In this document: one piece after another, positions 16,895 to 25,550 of the stretch | Numbering within the stretch: position 1 is the first letter of the stretch | How the letters are laid out: every line of letters starts with the position of its first letter | IMG/VR virus record: IMGVR_UViG_3300036943_000417 | Coordinates: 1 to 26,940 of that record | Direction: 5' to 3' (one strand) | DNA: 26,940 bases | DNA from: a virus | Taxonomy: Duplodnaviria; Caudoviricetes | Program-made: the position numbers and the translations under genes | The notes under the pieces: generated by a model | The model's database searches: none | What the model was told of the DNA's origin: nothing | What the model saw: the letters and a program-made list of their open reading frames with translations, nothing else

Positions 16895-16912
16895 CTTACC
16901 TCCTTCAGGGGG

Positions 16913-16993
16913 TCACCCCCCTATAGTTTTCGCTATCCATCTCGCAACTGCCGCGACCGTCGCGAGGAGCGCTATCCACCAGACCCATCTCAC
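16913..16993 (-). CDS. 26-aa Trp-rich membrane peptide (MRWVWWIALLATVAAVARWIAKTIGG)
   Basis: GTGA overlap with the nuclease stop; fills the intergenic gap; single hydrophobic helix. Confidence 0.45.
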   Translation of the reverse strand: MRWVWWIALLATVAAVARWIAKTIGG

Positions 16994-17571
16994 GATTTCC
17001 CCCAGACCGCTTCCTTGTGCCGCAGGATCATGCGCCAGTTGTCCTCCAGCTCCTTCTCCGTGAATCGGATGCGGGCGACGCGGTAAACGGGACCGGATCC
17101 CCTGTAATCGCCATTTAGGTGAAAGATCCTCATGACGGCGACGGGGGTATCCAGCGCGTAGCAGTAGGACTTGACCTGGCACATGTAGTAGAAATTCTCC
17201 TCGGGACTGGAGCGGGTGGACTTCCATGCCGCCTTGTACTCCTCGACGACTATCGGAACCTCCCCCGCCGGGTCTTCCCCCGGGCACAGGTCGTTATTTA
17301 TCCCGTCCATGGACATCCAAATCCCGTCTCGGATGATCTGTGGGGGGCGGACCGCATACTTCTCCTTCATTATGCGAGACAGCACGTCTTCCCAGAGGAG
17401 GCCGATCTCGGCGGTCAATTGCATGTCGTTGAAACCGTCTCCCTTGTACCCCAGGCCCGTCGCCTTCTCCAGAGACTTGATGACTTCCCCGAGGTGGAGA
17501 CCGGGCTGGCGCTCCTCATCGTCCACGAACAGTGTCTGGGGCCATTTGGTGTCGGTTATCTGGACTTCCAT
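16990..17571 (-). CDS. PD-(D/E)XK exonuclease (Cas4/RecB-like)
   Basis: HL.EVI, G..WE, SMDGI, VEEYK and Q..SYC motifs; AAGGAGG RBS before ATG 17571. Confidence 0.8.
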   Translation of the reverse strand: MEVQITDTKWPQTLFVDDEERQPGLHLGEVIKSLEKATGLGYKGDGFNDMQLTAEIGLLWEDVLSRIMKEKYAVRPPQIIRDGIWMSMDGINNDLCPGEDPAGEVPIVVEEYKAAWKSTRSSPEENFYYMCQVKSYCYALDTPVAVMRIFHLNGDYRGSGPVYRVARIRFTEKELEDNWRMILRHKEAVWGKS

Positions 17572-17656
17572 GAGTCTTCCTCCTTGGTTGGGGGGCGACC
17601 CGATACGGGCCACCCCTTGCGGTTTGCGGCTTGCGGCTTGCGGGTTACCCTAGGGG

Positions 17657-18484
17657 TTACCCGAGCGAGAGTACCCCGTCGGTATAATCCCAGGGTCCAG
17701 CAGCCAGGAACTCATCCTTGAAGGTCAGTTGGATTACCTTGTTCCGGTCGGGATCGTCCGCCATGACCTTGAAGATCTTCGGGGTCAGTTCCTTTTTGGT
17801 CAGACCCTCACCCTCAGCCAGGATACCCATTACGATCTCCGTTGCTTTCTCGGTCATCTCGTCGGGGGCGTCGGCTTCAGCTTCTTCCTTTGGTGCGGCT
17901 TTGGTCTTCTCGGTGGACTTTGTGGCGGCCTTGGGGGGTGCGCCGGCGGGTGCGGCCTTCTTCCCTTTCGGTTTGCCCGCAGCCTTCTTCTCCCAGGGGA
18001 GTGCCAGGATTTCGCTCACGACGAGAATCGTTGGAGGCCCGTATTTCTCCTCCTTCTCCTTCTGCTTCGGGGTCTTCTTTACCCCCTTGCGCTCGGGGGC
18101 CGGGGTCTGGATGAAGTGGGCCTCCAGTCCGTCCAACACGCTTATGTCGCTCCCCAGCTTCTCTGCCGGGAATCCCACACCCACGAGGGCCTGGAGGAAG
18201 ATCCCGCCGTTGCTCGTCAGCCTGATGGAGTTTGCGGTCCCCACCTTCAGCAACTGCTTCCCGTCGTCCGAGGGGATCCAGTCGTCCGCTCGGCCCATGG
18301 ACCAGTACTGCTCGGTCTCGTCTCCGGCCACGTCCAGTACCATCTTGAGGCAGGGGGTGGGGTCTGCAGTCCCGTTGTAGTCAAACATGTCGAACCTGGC
18401 TTCCTTGACTACTGCGTCGCAATCGTCAATCAGGCCGGACCCTTCGATAAAACTTTCGGGGTTAAGATTAATGGCGTCACTCAT
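17657..18484 (-). CDS. Putative single-stranded DNA-binding / replication protein
   Basis: AAAGGAG RBS before ATG 18484; beta-rich acidic N-domain, Lys/Ala/Pro linker, small C-domain. Function inferred from position between helicase and nuclease. Confidence 0.5.
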   Translation of the reverse strand: MSDAINLNPESFIEGSGLIDDCDAVVKEARFDMFDYNGTADPTPCLKMVLDVAGDETEQYWSMGRADDWIPSDDGKQLLKVGTANSIRLTSNGGIFLQALVGVGFPAEKLGSDISVLDGLEAHFIQTPAPERKGVKKTPKQKEKEEKYGPPTILVVSEILALPWEKKAAGKPKGKKAAPAGAPPKAATKSTEKTKAAPKEEAEADAPDEMTEKATEIVMGILAEGEGLTKKELTPKIFKVMADDPDRNKVIQLTFKDEFLAAGPWDYTDGVLSLG

Positions 18485-18510
18485 AACTTTTCTCCTTTGC
18501 CTGTTTCGGG

Positions 18511-20046
18511 CTAAATCGGTTCTGGGATGAACCGTTCCACTCGATATGCACCGCCGAACCATTCGACGAGCAAGTGGCGGTTCCTCTCCAGAAACCATAC
18601 GATGTTATTGTCTATCACGAACGTTTCGCACTTGTCTTCCGCTGACCGACAACCCCTCCCAGTCGTCTGTATCAGTTGTTGAGCTACCTTGTAATTTATG
18701 AAGTCTTTGTCCCTTACGCTCCTCGCCCTGGAGATTGCCCCCCGGATATCCGGGTAGGGCATCTTCACTATCACCTGCCAGCGACACTCATCGTCGGGGA
18801 AATCCCAACCCGTAACCATTGACGGGCTGACGAGTATAGCGGGGGCAGGGGAAGACTTGAACGATCGGACGACGGACTCGGTGTTCTTCCGCTGATGGGT
18901 AATCATATGGGCCGCAAACTTGGACCGCTCCAGGACGAGATCCCGGCGGGCGTAGGACACTGTATGCACGATGCCCTTGGTCCCGAGCCGAGACTCCAGA
19001 ATCGAGTCGAGCCTCGCCAGCCAGATCCGGTTCTCCATCTCCCCTATCCTGTAGTTCATCTTCACTGTCGGGATATGGATGAGAGGGCGATGGGCCTCGG
19101 GGAAAGAGTGAGGGAACTCGCGGTAAACCATGGATCCCGACGGAATGCCGAGGAGCTGTGCCGTCTTAGGGACGATGGTGGCCGACGTGAGGACGACCGA
19201 AGGGATCCCGAGGAAGAGGGTAGACTCGGTGAAGGCGCGGGGCCATAGGGGGCTGAGGGAGACGGAAAACGGGTTGGACTCCCAGACCCAACTCGGGTCG
19301 AGTCCTTCCGTGAGCCGCTCCAGCTTCCCCTTGATCCGCGAGAAGGCCGCGAACCGGTTTTCCTTCCGCTGGACCTTGGCCTCCTCCACCTCGACGATGG
19401 CGTCCACTAGCCGCTCCCTGGCCCACTCCCGCCATCCGTCAGCCGTCTTGGGTAATGGGTTGTCCAGTCCCAGGAAGCGGGTCTCGGTCCGATTCTTGCG
19501 GCTGAATTGGACCGAAATGTGATCGATTACGTGGTCCACCGCCGCGTGCGCTTCGTCCAGGACCAGAGTCTCGAATTGGCCCAACCCCTCGGAGAACTCA
19601 TGCTGCGCCATCCAGTAGGCGTAATTCGTCACGACTACCTTGGCCCGCTGTGCCTCCCGGAGCCGGTCGTAATAGAAGCAACCCCCCTGGTCTCGAAGCG
19701 TACACTTGACCCCGAAGCTGCAGAGTCCTGAATCGCAGTTGACCTTGGTGTTCAGGCGGCAGGGGTAATTCCCGCGCCCTCGAATCTCCACTACCATCTC
19801 CCCGAACTCCTCCACGAGCTGAGTCTGGAGTCCTTTGGTGGACGTGAGGATGGCGGTCCGTCCGTCGCGGATCATGGCTGCCGTGATGTACGTCAAACTT
19901 TTCCCGAATCCCGTGGGGCAGACCGCGAGTTTGAATCGCGGAGAGTCCTGCTGCATGAGGAGACAGGCTTCGGCCTGGTGTGGCCTCCATTCGTCAAATT
20001 TGGGGGGCAACCCGAAGAACACGGGTGCCGGGAGTACGTCTTCCAT
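18511..20046 (-). CDS. dinG: DinG/XPD-family SF2 helicase with Fe-S cysteines
   Basis: Q motif WRPHQ, CPTGFGKS, GR.NY.C...C....C...C...C.YY, DEAH, TSAT, GWDFPDD.CR, Q..GR..RS..D. Confidence 0.9.
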   Translation of the reverse strand: MEDVLPAPVFFGLPPKFDEWRPHQAEACLLMQQDSPRFKLAVCPTGFGKSLTYITAAMIRDGRTAILTSTKGLQTQLVEEFGEMVVEIRGRGNYPCRLNTKVNCDSGLCSFGVKCTLRDQGGCFYYDRLREAQRAKVVVTNYAYWMAQHEFSEGLGQFETLVLDEAHAAVDHVIDHISVQFSRKNRTETRFLGLDNPLPKTADGWREWARERLVDAIVEVEEAKVQRKENRFAAFSRIKGKLERLTEGLDPSWVWESNPFSVSLSPLWPRAFTESTLFLGIPSVVLTSATIVPKTAQLLGIPSGSMVYREFPHSFPEAHRPLIHIPTVKMNYRIGEMENRIWLARLDSILESRLGTKGIVHTVSYARRDLVLERSKFAAHMITHQRKNTESVVRSFKSSPAPAILVSPSMVTGWDFPDDECRWQVIVKMPYPDIRGAISRARSVRDKDFINYKVAQQLIQTTGRGCRSAEDKCETFVIDNNIVWFLERNRHLLVEWFGGAYRVERFIPEPI

Positions 20047-20068
20047 AGTGGTCCCTCTCGTTTGGAGT

Positions 20069-20548
20069 TTACTCGTCGATGGAACTCAAGCTCGCTCGCT
20101 CTTGCCCCGCTACCAGATGCCCGAATTTCACCTCCAGTTGCTCCTCATAGCGTCGCCTCCAGTAACCCTCGGGCATCGACTTGATGTGGTTCTGCACGAC
20201 GCGGATTAGACGTATAGCTTCTCCCTTGCTTCCCGAGCTGAGGTGCCCGCTGATCCGCTCGCTAAGTTTATCGAACACCATGAGGAAGTCCGAATTCAAC
20301 TCCTCGTCCCGGATCAGCTCAAGGATCACGTCAACTTGGCCGCTGATCGAACTCACAGCCCCCTGCGTCGTCAGCCAGTTCAGGTGTCGATGGAGTGCGT
20401 GCCGGAGCAGATCTCCCTTCGTCCGATACGGAAACTTCTTGCTCGCCACCACTTTCTCCACTTGGGTCGCAACCTGAGGGAGTGTCCGAAACCAATGTCG
20501 GGCCGAATGTCCGTTCGTGTCTGTGGCCCCTATCCTGAATTCCTCCAT
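20069..20548 (-). CDS. Ribbon-helix-helix-type DNA-binding protein
   Basis: FR......QVEKVV.S..FPYRT.GDLLRHAL.RHL pattern; AAAGGAG RBS. Confidence 0.6.
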   Translation of the reverse strand: MEEFRIGATDTNGHSARHWFRTLPQVATQVEKVVASKKFPYRTKGDLLRHALHRHLNWLTTQGAVSSISGQVDVILELIRDEELNSDFLMVFDKLSERISGHLSSGSKGEAIRLIRVVQNHIKSMPEGYWRRRYEEQLEVKFGHLVAGQERASLSSIDE

Positions 20549-20557
20549 GCGTCTCCT

Positions 20558-20866
20558 TTATTCCGTTGCGGGTGCGGGTGCGGGTTTGGGTTGCAGCATT
20601 CCACGGCGAGAACCCCTCGTCCACGAGTCTCCCTTGCCATGTCTCGCCATAATCTTTCGCCCTCTAATCTTCTTCGCGGCTTCATCCAACGTCAGGTTGA
20701 GTGCAGACGCGATAGCCACCAGACAGTCAAAGGATGGGCGCGTTTCTCCCCTAAATACTCTGGAGAGATGGGGCCGGGAGTATCCCGTAAGACCTGCAAT
20801 TCGGGTCACACTCACGTATATAATCTTCCTTTTCTTCTTTGGACTCGTGTCGATGGTAAACTTCAT
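20558..20866 (-). CDS. XRE-family helix-turn-helix regulator
   Basis: SVTRIA.LTGYSR.HLSRVFRG.TRPS...L..IA.AL...LDE. Confidence 0.85.
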   Translation of the reverse strand: MKFTIDTSPKKKRKIIYVSVTRIAGLTGYSRPHLSRVFRGETRPSFDCLVAIASALNLTLDEAAKKIRGRKIMARHGKGDSWTRGSRRGMLQPKPAPAPATE

Positions 20867-21063
20867 CTTCTCTCCTCATCCAGGGGTACGTTGGGGAAGA
20901 ATATAGTCCCTGGCCCCTTGTCCCAGTCTGTCCTCCCATTAGGTCCAGGGCAGTAGTTTAGTGGGACGTACATGTCGTAGTGCGTGCTAAAGTAACCCGA
21001 AGCACAATGAGACTCGAGTCTGCGGCCGCAGTGCTTGCAGGGTGTATTTGGATGCCACTTCAT
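20863..21063 (-). CDS. Hypothetical small Cys/His protein, first gene of the replication operon
   Basis: AAAGGAG RBS, CKHCG...HC...C motif, ATGA overlap with the HTH gene. Confidence 0.6.
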   Translation of the reverse strand: MKWHPNTPCKHCGRRLESHCASGYFSTHYDMYVPLNYCPGPNGRTDWDKGPGTIFFPNVPLDEERR

Positions 21064-21415
21064 AATTACTCCTTTGGGGGTTACCCCCGGCTTCAGGGTC
21101 CAGGGTCCAGGGTCCAGGGTCCAGACCCAATTCCCCCGAGCTCCATCCCGTCTCCAGGTTCAACTCCAGATAACCCCGCCTGTTGTGTCCCGCACAATGG
21201 GGTTACCCTCGAAACGCGCGAAGCTTTTTTCTGGACGTGGTTCTTGGGAAAAGGAAACGGTCAACGCACAACGCACACCGTCAAGACAACACAGAAAATG
21301 AAGCTACCAAGAACGGAAAAGAACGAGGAGAGGCGGGATTATGTTGCCCGCCGGGGTTTCCCGCCTGGGGTTTCCCGCCTGGGATCCCCCGCCTCGACCA
21401 GAAAGGAGAGATTAT
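21064..21415. promoter_or_regulatory. Divergent intergenic control region with repeats
   Basis: Non-coding gap between divergent genes. Contains CAGGGTC x4 (21094-21121), GGGGTTTCCCGCCT x2 plus a degenerate third copy (21353-21394) and GGGTTACCC motifs. No clear sigma70 consensus identified. Confidence 0.55.
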
Positions 21416-21805
21416 ATGTGGGCTGAGCTGGAGAAGGCAAAGGCAGAGGTGAGGCGAGAGAGAAGTGGGACTAAACGCTCTCAACTCTTGCGTCGGATTA
21501 AGAGGCTCCAGGGGTTGATGGAGCGTGGGGTCGTGCGGGAGAACCCAACCCCCCAACCCAGACAGCGGGACGTGGATTGCGGTCTTACCCTTCCCCGCAC
21601 CAAACTCCACGCCATAGACCAGCGGCTCGACCATCAACTCTCGGATCGTATCGAGCGACAGAGACTCCAGAGGCGCAAAGCCAAACTGAAACGAGAAATT
21701 GCCGGGCGCGACCCCAAATGGTTTGCGGGTGACGGGCCTCGGTTTGAGGTTAAACGAAAGACCATACAGATTCTGGACGAACTGGAATCGAAGGAGGACC
21801 AATGA
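21416..21805 (+). CDS. Hypothetical Arg/Lys-rich protein, first gene of purZ cassette
   Basis: AAAGGAG RBS before ATG 21416; helical and highly basic. Confidence 0.6.
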   Translation: MWAELEKAKAEVRRERSGTKRSQLLRRIKRLQGLMERGVVRENPTPQPRQRDVDCGLTLPRTKLHAIDQRLDHQLSDRIERQRLQRRKAKLKREIAGRDPKWFAGDGPRFEVKRKTIQILDELESKEDQ

Positions 21806-21881
21806 CTCTTCATGGATTAGCCGCCGGGAGATTGACCGCCGGCCTTTGCCACTTAACACACCACAGGAAGGGAGGGACAAA

Positions 21882-23006
21882 ATGCAACAAGGGAAATTAA
21901 ACATCGTATTCGGGGGTCAGGCAGGATCGGAGGCCAAGGGGAAGCTCTCGGGGTTTCTGGCCGACCGTTACCCCCTCGACCTGCTCGTGATGACTGCCAG
22001 CCCCAACGCTGGTCACACCATCGTGACGCCTGGGGGAGAAAAGAGGGTGAGCTACCACCTTCCCGTCGCCAGCATCATGTGCGACTGTCCCATAGTCCTC
22101 ACGGCCGCGAGTTTGATAAACGTGAGGTCGTTTGAGGCTGAGCTGGAGTCCCTGGGACTTGATCCCCATCGCATCCTGGTGGACCCTCGCGCATCCATTA
22201 TCCACGAGCACCACATCGGACTGGAAGAGGACGGCGGGCTTTCCGACATCGGGTCCACACTCCAGGGGATCGGGGCCTGCCGGCGCTCGAAGATGGAGCG
22301 GAGGGGAAGGGGACATCACACGCTGGCGGGTCATATCCGCGACGTGTTCAAGGTTATGGGGGTGAGGGTTATGACCTCCCCCTCCTCAATCCTGGTGAAC
22401 TCCCTGTTGGACAAGGGGGCCATGGTCCTATGCGAATCGACTCAGGGGTTCGACCTCGACCTGGAGCACGGAATCGATCCCGTGTATTGTACGTCAAAGA
22501 TGGTCAACCCGTCGATGATCGCGGCTGAAGCTGGGGTTGCCCCGCAACTCGTGGGAGATACGTTCGCCGTCCTGCGCCCTTACCCGATACGCGTGAACAA
22601 TCGGACCGGAACGAGCGGCCCGTATGCCGAAGCCCGCGAGATTACCTGGGATGACGTTCGCTTCCGGTGCGGCTGCCCGGAACCCCTGGAGGAGCTGACG
22701 ACGACCACAAAGCTCCCGCGTCGCGTCTTTGAGTTTTCCTGGGAACGCTTCCAGCACATGATCCGCGTCTGTCGCCCTACCCATCTCGCGCTCCAGTTCG
22801 CCAATTACCTCGACTGGTCCTGCTTTGAGACTTCCGCCGGACCGGACCAGCCTTTAGCCTTCCCCCCTTCCGTCTCCCTCTTCATTCAGCGGCTGGAGAC
22901 CTCCGGGGTCCCCGTCTCTTTCGTCGGAACCGGACCTGGCCACGAACACATGATCTGGCGGACCAATGCCCGCGAGCTGATGGAAAGGAGGCGTAATGGG
23001 TACTGA
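21882..23006 (+). CDS. purZ: PurZ, N6-succino-2-amino-2'-deoxyadenylate synthase (PurA paralogue)
   Basis: GGQAGSEAKGK (Ser at the PurA catalytic Asp13 position), PNAGHT, GSTLQG, TQG, YCTS, R.YPIRV..SGP, TTTTKLPRRVFEFS (Leu at PurA Arg303), QFAN (in place of PurA TKLD), GTGP. Short 374-aa form with GGAGG RBS. Confidence 0.88.
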   Translation: MQQGKLNIVFGGQAGSEAKGKLSGFLADRYPLDLLVMTASPNAGHTIVTPGGEKRVSYHLPVASIMCDCPIVLTAASLINVRSFEAELESLGLDPHRILVDPRASIIHEHHIGLEEDGGLSDIGSTLQGIGACRRSKMERRGRGHHTLAGHIRDVFKVMGVRVMTSPSSILVNSLLDKGAMVLCESTQGFDLDLEHGIDPVYCTSKMVNPSMIAAEAGVAPQLVGDTFAVLRPYPIRVNNRTGTSGPYAEAREITWDDVRFRCGCPEPLEELTTTTKLPRRVFEFSWERFQHMIRVCRPTHLALQFANYLDWSCFETSAGPDQPLAFPPSVSLFIQRLETSGVPVSFVGTGPGHEHMIWRTNARELMERRRNGY

Positions 23007-23475
23007 TCTCCCCCCTCTGCCGCCCGAAATGGTAAAGCTTGGTCCGAGACCCCCTGGTTCGAGGCCCCCCGATCCGGGGCTCTCTGGTCCCAACACCAAA
23101 CCTGCAGGCCACCAATGCGACTGTCCCCTCTGCCGTGAGATGAGACGGGAGTGGAATCTCCCCCTCCCCAACGACCCCAAGACTCCACTCGCGGACATGA
23201 TTTCCGACTTCCACCTCGCGCTCCAGTCCGTCGCCCGTGTGACCGCTATGGGAGTGGAGAAGCACGGACCCCTCGGGGGCTGGCGTAAGGTCCCCGGCTT
23301 CAAGCGAGACTATCAGAACAAGAAAGCCCGGCATGCAATCTCGGGCCTGGTGGACGACGGGGGGTTGGATGAGGAGAGCGGGCTTCCGCATCTGGCGCAT
23401 GAAGCTTGGAACGCTCTCGCGCTTCTCCAGTTCGCGCTCGAGTCGGAGGCACGGGTCGATAGTGGCCAGCCGTAG
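22996..23475 (+). CDS. DUF5664-type dATP/dGTP diphosphohydrolase domain protein
   Basis: AL..VA.V...G.EKHG...W..V......Y.....RH...D.ESGLPHLAH.AWNALALL. AAAGGAGG RBS; overlaps the purZ end. Pro-rich and CxCxxC N-terminal extension. Confidence 0.8.
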   Translation: MGTDLPPLPPEMVKLGPRPPGSRPPDPGLSGPNTKPAGHQCDCPLCREMRREWNLPLPNDPKTPLADMISDFHLALQSVARVTAMGVEKHGPLGGWRKVPGFKRDYQNKKARHAISGLVDDGGLDEESGLPHLAHEAWNALALLQFALESEARVDSGQP

Positions 23476-23500
23476 GGTCTCCTTGCCTGCTCCTTGAACG

Positions 23501-23537
23501 AAAAACAAAAAAGCCGGGGGGTTGCCCCTCCCGGCTT
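23501..23537 (-). terminator. Rho-independent terminator for the minus-strand operon (between convergent genes)
   Basis: On the minus strand: AAGCCGGGAGGG-GCAA-CCCCCCGGCTT stem-loop running into a T-rich tail (TTTTTTGTTTTT). Confidence 0.85.
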
Positions 23538-23574
23538 CTCGTCTCTCTTCCGTAGCCCTCTCCGGGCTTCGCGC

Positions 23575-23964
23575 TTAGCCCTTCTTGGGGGTGCGGAACT
23601 CCACGAAATCATAGCTCCACTTCTTCGTTGCCCCCTCGATTAGGGGTTGGATCTCCTCCGCGGGGATCCCCTTCTCCAGTAGCGCAACCGTGAGGAGCTG
23701 AGGGTTGATCGCTGATCCGCTACCCTTCCGCAGGCTGATGACCCCCACGCCCTCGACGGGGTTGGACTTCACCCCGAAGCTGGTCATGAGCGGGAGAACC
23801 TGCTCCTTTACGTCCTTCTTGATTGTCTCACCCTCATCGATCAGGGCTTTAGCCTTCGCCATTGCGACCGTCGCGCGGTCGAGTGTTGCCTTCAATTCTT
23901 TGTCCACCATTTCTGCCTTCAGTCCTTTGTCCGCCATTTCTGCCTTCATGCCTTTGGATCCCAT
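23575..23964 (-). CDS. Hypothetical phage protein with duplicated N-terminal KAEM.DK repeat
   Basis: AAAGGAGG RBS, coiled-coil N-terminus, 27-bp imperfect tandem repeat at about 23897-23949. Confidence 0.7.
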   Translation of the reverse strand: MGSKGMKAEMADKGLKAEMVDKELKATLDRATVAMAKAKALIDEGETIKKDVKEQVLPLMTSFGVKSNPVEGVGVISLRKGSGSAINPQLLTVALLEKGIPAEEIQPLIEGATKKWSYDFVEFRTPKKG

Positions 23965-24380
23965 AATGGTCCCTCCTTTAAAATTTTAATTCTTCGGTCT
24001 CTTTCCTTTGCTTCCCTGTCTTCGCGGACCTTATCTTCATTCGCTTCACGCCATCGCCTTCCGCGTTCCAGCTTCTTCTCCCGGCTCACCTCGGGGACGT
24101 ATCCGTACTCCCGGTAGACTTCTACCTGATGGAGCACGTGGTCAATTCCGTCGCGCAGGAGCTGGGATACGAGTTCCGGGTCTATGCCGCTCACCGGGCA
24201 CTTCCCGCAAACAACCATGCGGTTGACTTGCTGGGTGGGGAGCTGGTAGACTGATTGGCGATTCTTCAGCACCGTCTTTCCCTCTCCCCCCGGGACCCAG
24301 AATTCCCATGTCTCCTCGGTAAGCATGAGGATGGCCTCTTGAGCGAGAGCGCGATTAGCCTCACAGGAGCGACGACTCAT
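23946..24380 (-). CDS. Hypothetical protein
   Basis: Fills the operon gap; charged C-terminus. Start uncertain. Confidence 0.55.
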   Translation of the reverse strand: MSRRSCEANRALAQEAILMLTEETWEFWVPGGEGKTVLKNRQSVYQLPTQQVNRMVVCGKCPVSGIDPELVSQLLRDGIDHVLHQVEVYREYGYVPEVSREKKLERGRRWREANEDKVREDREAKERDRRIKILKEGPLWDPKA

Positions 24381-24415
24381 GTCGCAGGTGAGGCTTTCGC
24401 ACCAGATACGATCCG

Positions 24416-25213
24416 CTATTGAGGGTCCACCTCAGGTGCCAGGTCTGCCGTCTCGGCGGCCTTGGGTGTGGCTTTACCCTTGGCGGCCTTCGCCTTGCCC
24501 TTGGCGGCTTTGGCTTTCGCGGCCTTAACCTTCGCTTTGTCCGCCACGGCTTCCTCCTTTTCCTCCTTGGCCTCGACCAGGGCAGCGGCTTCCTTCTTTG
24601 CCTTTGCGGCTTTGGCTTTGGCTTCCCGCCGGGCTTTCGCAGCCACAGCCTTCTCCTCTTTCTCCTTCTCTGCCGTCACGAGCTCCCGCGTATTCATCCA
24701 AGCCAACACGTCGTCCACTCCGTCCAGCCCGTCCTTGGAGTCCTGGATGAGACCGCAGGTCTGCTTCAGGTCGAAGAGGGTCAGGTCGTGGCGGGTGTGA
24801 CTGGTCTTCATAGTTGAGCGGAATATGAGGCGCGTGATGATTTCCACGAGCGGGGGAAGGTCAGCTCCAATACCGTTCTCGACGGTAAACTCCAGGACTC
24901 CGGAGGCAGTATCCCACTCGATTTCCTCCGACTGGATGAGCATGCGGACCATTGATTTACGGGCGCGATTGTGCAGGCGGCCTATGGCAGGAGCGTCACC
25001 GACGATGAAAGTAAGCGGTCCGATAGGGGCTTCGGTGAGGCCCAGAACCATGATGTCTTCGGTGAGGCTGGAGAAGAAGTCCAGAGATGCCCGGTCTTTC
25101 TTCTCGAACGTGATCTCCAGACCCGTTTGGGTCTTGAGATGTTTGACGGTTGATGTGAGACCCTTGACGGGTTCGCTCTTGCCTTTGATGACTAGTGATA
25201 CGACGCAATTCAT
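24416..25213 (-). CDS. Hypothetical protein with Ala/Lys-rich histone-H1-like C-terminal tail
   Basis: AAAGGAG RBS; C-terminal KAKAAKGKAKAAKGKATPKAA low-complexity region. Confidence 0.75.
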   Translation of the reverse strand: MNCVVSLVIKGKSEPVKGLTSTVKHLKTQTGLEITFEKKDRASLDFFSSLTEDIMVLGLTEAPIGPLTFIVGDAPAIGRLHNRARKSMVRMLIQSEEIEWDTASGVLEFTVENGIGADLPPLVEIITRLIFRSTMKTSHTRHDLTLFDLKQTCGLIQDSKDGLDGVDDVLAWMNTRELVTAEKEKEEKAVAAKARREAKAKAAKAKKEAAALVEAKEEKEEAVADKAKVKAAKAKAAKGKAKAAKGKATPKAAETADLAPEVDPQ

Positions 25214-25379
25214 TAGTTCTCCTTTGCGGGGGTTCCCGCTAATTTGTGGGGGGTGGGTGGTCCCATGGTCCCCTGAGGTTGGGGGGATTTCTCCCCCGTG
25301 GTCCCCCTAGGATGGGGGTTAGGGGGTTTCCAGTATAATACCCCTAATCCCCCTTCCGTTATTCGACCCGCGAATAGGT

Positions 25380-25550
25380 CTAGAACGGGGGCTCGAGATC
25401 ATCACCATAAAGAAAAAGGATGAGCTCATAATGGTGTTCGACTTGGGACTCCAAGGCCGCAATCTGGTCTCGCTGTTCAAGCTGGATGTGGGCCAGGATT
25501 GCGAGCGCAAGTAGCAAACCAAGGATGCATGAGATGGAGAAGGCCTTCAT
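25380..25550 (-). CDS. Small membrane-anchored protein
   Basis: GGAGGAG RBS, ATGA overlap, N-terminal TM helix followed by a short coiled coil. Confidence 0.6.
   Translation of the reverse strand: MKAFSISCILGLLLALAILAHIQLEQRDQIAALESQVEHHYELILFLYGDDLEPPF

Noticed and set aside
17718-18514. Long antisense/alternative-frame ORFs (e.g. 17718-18380, 17729-18514, 4771-5433, 20243-20956, 22882-23508)
   Set aside because: They shadow well-supported genes, lack RBS and recognisable motifs, and are expected in GC-rich DNA.
21094-21394. CRISPR array or mini-array
   Set aside because: The repeats are 7-14 bp, tandem and lack unique spacers. The PD-(D/E)XK gene is in a recombination context, not a cas operon.
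21882-23006. Ordinary adenylosuccinate synthetase (purA) as auxiliary metabolic gene
   Set aside because: The catalytic Asp13 position is Ser, the Arg303 position is Leu and the GTP-specificity TKLD is QFAN, which is the PurZ pattern. The ORF-track start at 21699 was also rejected in favour of the RBS-supported ATG 21882.
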